A DNA stretch of 64,000 nt from an uncultured Chroococcidiopsis sp. (GTDB lineage Bacteria > Cyanobacteriota > Cyanobacteriia > Cyanobacteriales > Chroococcidiopsidaceae): NCBI GenBank assembly GCA_964248365.1, contig CAXTYC010000011.1:32001-96000 (forward strand). Direction: 5' to 3'. The position numbers and the translations under genes were made by a program. Shown in pieces: positions 61,851 through 64,000 of this stretch. The notes under the pieces are model-generated. The model was not told where the DNA came from. It saw only the letters and a list, made by a program, of their open reading frames with translations, and searched no databases. Position 1 is the stretch's first letter. The number at the start of each line of letters is the position of its first letter.

Positions 61851-64000
61851 TTAGCCTAAGCGCCCTGGTTTAGGATAAGCAATGCGCTTATGGTGGAATT
61901 GTTGCCAAACTTCGACAAAAATATTGGCAATGGAATCGATTTGTTCCCGTGTCAAACCTGAATCTACTAACTGATTTTCTTGCCAACGCGATCGCAAAAT
62001 TTTATTTACCATAGCTAACGCTTCTTCACGGCTAGGTTCCTTAGACGTTGGCTTTCCTCCTGCTTGCAGTGTCCGCAGCGCTGCTTCACACGAATCGGCT
62101 AACATAACAATCGCAGTTTCGCGTGATTGGGGTATGGGTCCATCGTAACTAAAATCTGACTTTTGCACTACAATACTGGGATCTTGCTGCGCGATCGCCT
62201 GTGCCTGATGATAAAAATAGACAATCTGCATTGTTCCCTGATGTTCGGGGATAAACGCCCGAATAGCTGTCGGTAGGCGATACTTGTGCGCCATTACCAA
62301 CCCTTGTGTAACGTGCTTTTTGATGATGTCGGCACTTTGCCAGGGATCATTAATTTGATCGTGCTTGTTTACACCTCCCATTTGATTTTCAATAAAAGCT
62401 AAAGGATCGTGCAGCTTACCGATATCGTGATACAAAGTACCAGTACGCACTAGTTCGACATTACACCCTAGTTCTTTAGCGGCGGCTTCTGCTAGAGTGG
62501 CAACAAACAGGGTGTGCTGAAAGGTTCCTGGGGCTTGAGTTGCGAGTCGTTTTAACAGCGGACGATTAGGGTTGGCTAATTCTGCTAGACGAATTGGGGT
62601 GACTAAATCGAATAAATTTTCCAGATAAGGACTTAGCCCCAACGCTACAATACTCCATGCCAATCCTGAAAGACTGATAAAGGTAGCTCGAACTACAAAA
62701 AAATACCAACTCAACCCAAATGTGGCACTTAGAATGATACCACCCACTAGACAAAGCAATCCTTCGGTTAAGCCAACAGTTACACCAAGTAGGGAAAGTT
62801 CTTCACGCGATCGCATCCTTCCTGCCATGAAGCTAGCAAGCATTCCCCCCACTGCACTGGTTAATAGATGCTTCCAGCCGACATCCACACCAATAGGTAG
62901 CAGCAGTGATAGCATTCCCACTACCGCCCCAGCCAAAGGAAAACCGTAGAAGTTACCCAATAACAAACCAACTGCTGGTAGGTTGGTATAAGGCACACCC
63001 AATTCTATAAGTAGTGGTGTGCTGAGAGTCAATAGCAATATTAGTAAGCGATCGCCTTGCCTGAGTTTGGGTGTAAAGCGTCTTGCTGTAAGATCAAAAA
63101 TGCTCACAGCCCCAGTCACCATTATGCCCAACCCAAACAAGCCCCACCAATTAATTCGCCGACGACTTAAACCAAAATGATCGAGTAGTACAAAGTCGGT
63201 TTGACTGATACGTTCCCCTCCAAGGACAATTACTTCACCTTTTTTCACCCTTACGAATACTGGTTGTACCGCCGCCGCCGCTTGTTCTGACTGGCGTTCG
63301 GTTTGTGCCTCATCTACCTTCAAATTCGGTTTGAGGACAGTTAATAAAATATGGGTTGCTAAGGCAACGCTAGCTGGGGGTACGTGCGATCGCACTTGCA
63401 AATTCACAGCTTCTTGTAAAATCTGAGACGGCAAACCAGGCGCGATACCTTGGGCGAGAATAAGTTCAGCACTGGTGCGAATTCCTGTTTGTGTTTTCTC
63501 CCAATCTGTATTTGATAAATTTAATAAGGAAGATTTGTAAACAGTGGTCAATGTTGCTGTTTCAAGTTGAGAAAGAGTTAAGGCGTGGGCGTATCGCTGA
63601 CGGAATTGAGAAATAGTATCGATCAGGGTAGAAAATTTTTGCCCAGTTGCCTTGAAGCGGTATGCTGACAGTTGAGTTACGGCAGCTGCGATCGCATCAT
63701 TATTGATCGACTGGGGACTGCTTGAGGCTGTATTCTTGGCTTGAAAGGGGCTTTTATTATCATTTACTCTGGCTAATACTTGCTGCCATTCCCAGTCTGA
63801 ACAGCTACGTAGATAAACTTGGGTGGAAGTAGACAAGATTGAAGTTTCAGCCCAGGGAAAATCGCCTGCAATTTGTCGAAGTTCATTGCCCTGAAGGAGA
63901 GATTTTTGCAGGAGTTGCCCAATTTGACGATTAACTGCTAGATCGATCATCAGCACTGGCGTAGTGACTTTCCGGGCGGTTTGACGATTTGCAAGTGTAG
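61851..64000 (-). CDS. 7TM-HD (HDIG) phosphohydrolase, PgpH-like (5' end outside window)
   Basis: APGTFQH, YHDIGK, FIENQ, EHQGT, MLADSCEAA; frame stays open to the window edge. Confidence 0.9.
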   Translation of the reverse strand, partial: TLANRQTARKVTTPVLMIDLAVNRQIGQLLQKSLLQGNELRQIAGDFPWAETSILSTSTQVYLRSCSDWEWQQVLARVNDNKSPFQAKNTASSSPQSINNDAIAAAVTQLSAYRFKATGQKFSTLIDTISQFRQRYAHALTLSQLETATLTTVYKSSLLNLSNTDWEKTQTGIRTSAELILAQGIAPGLPSQILQEAVNLQVRSHVPPASVALATHILLTVLKPNLKVDEAQTERQSEQAAAAVQPVFVRVKKGEVIVLGGERISQTDFVLLDHFGLSRRRINWWGLFGLGIMVTGAVSIFDLTARRFTPKLRQGDRLLILLLTLSTPLLIELGVPYTNLPAVGLLLGNFYGFPLAGAVVGMLSLLLPIGVDVGWKHLLTSAVGGMLASFMAGRMRSREELSLLGVTVGLTEGLLCLVGGIILSATFGLSWYFFVVRATFISLSGLAWSIVALGLSPYLENLFDLVTPIRLAELANPNRPLLKRLATQAPGTFQHTLFVATLAEAAAKELGCNVELVRTGTLYHDIGKLHDPLAFIENQMGGVNKHDQINDPWQSADIIKKHVTQGLVMAHKYRLPTAIRAFIPEHQGTMQIVYFYHQAQAIAQQDPSIVVQKSDFSYDGPIPQSRETAIVMLADSCEAALRTLQAGGKPTSKEPSREEALAMVNKILRSRWQENQLVDSGLTREQIDSIANIFVEVWQQFHHKRIAYPKPGRLG

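Overview
Cyanobacterial chromosomal segment: HIP1 (GCGATCGC) is abundant, there are many short tandem heptamer repeats (STRRs), and form IB rbcL-rbcX is present; the gene content fits a terrestrial, desiccation-adapted lineage. In order: rbcX (partial)/rbcL, panB, an operon of three single-module NRPS genes (C-A-T; docking-C-A-MT-T; C-A-T-TE), an accessory patch (alpha/beta hydrolase, Uma2, broken FAD oxidoreductase, Rieske/TetR pair), a ~20 kb trehalose/glycogen block (treY, treZ, glgX, malQ, treS-maltokinase, sugar ABC transporter, gluconokinase), a Tat-signal beta-carbonic anhydrase bracketed by two Tn3-like MITEs, a cobalamin riboswitch-cbtB-unknown membrane protein unit, polysaccharide genes (galE, sugar transferases, GT4, gmd, fcl), pgsA, ygfA, and a partial 7TM-HD phosphohydrolase. 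Most notable: (1) the NRPS docking architecture may allow iterative module use; (2) the MITE-carbonic anhydrase-MITE unit has matching 5-bp outer flanks; (3) the B12 riboswitch carries a ~250-nt repeat-rich insert that is partly antisense to its own core; (4) three different repeat families sit in-frame in the same loop of the three A domains. All calls come from motif recognition by eye; no searches were run.
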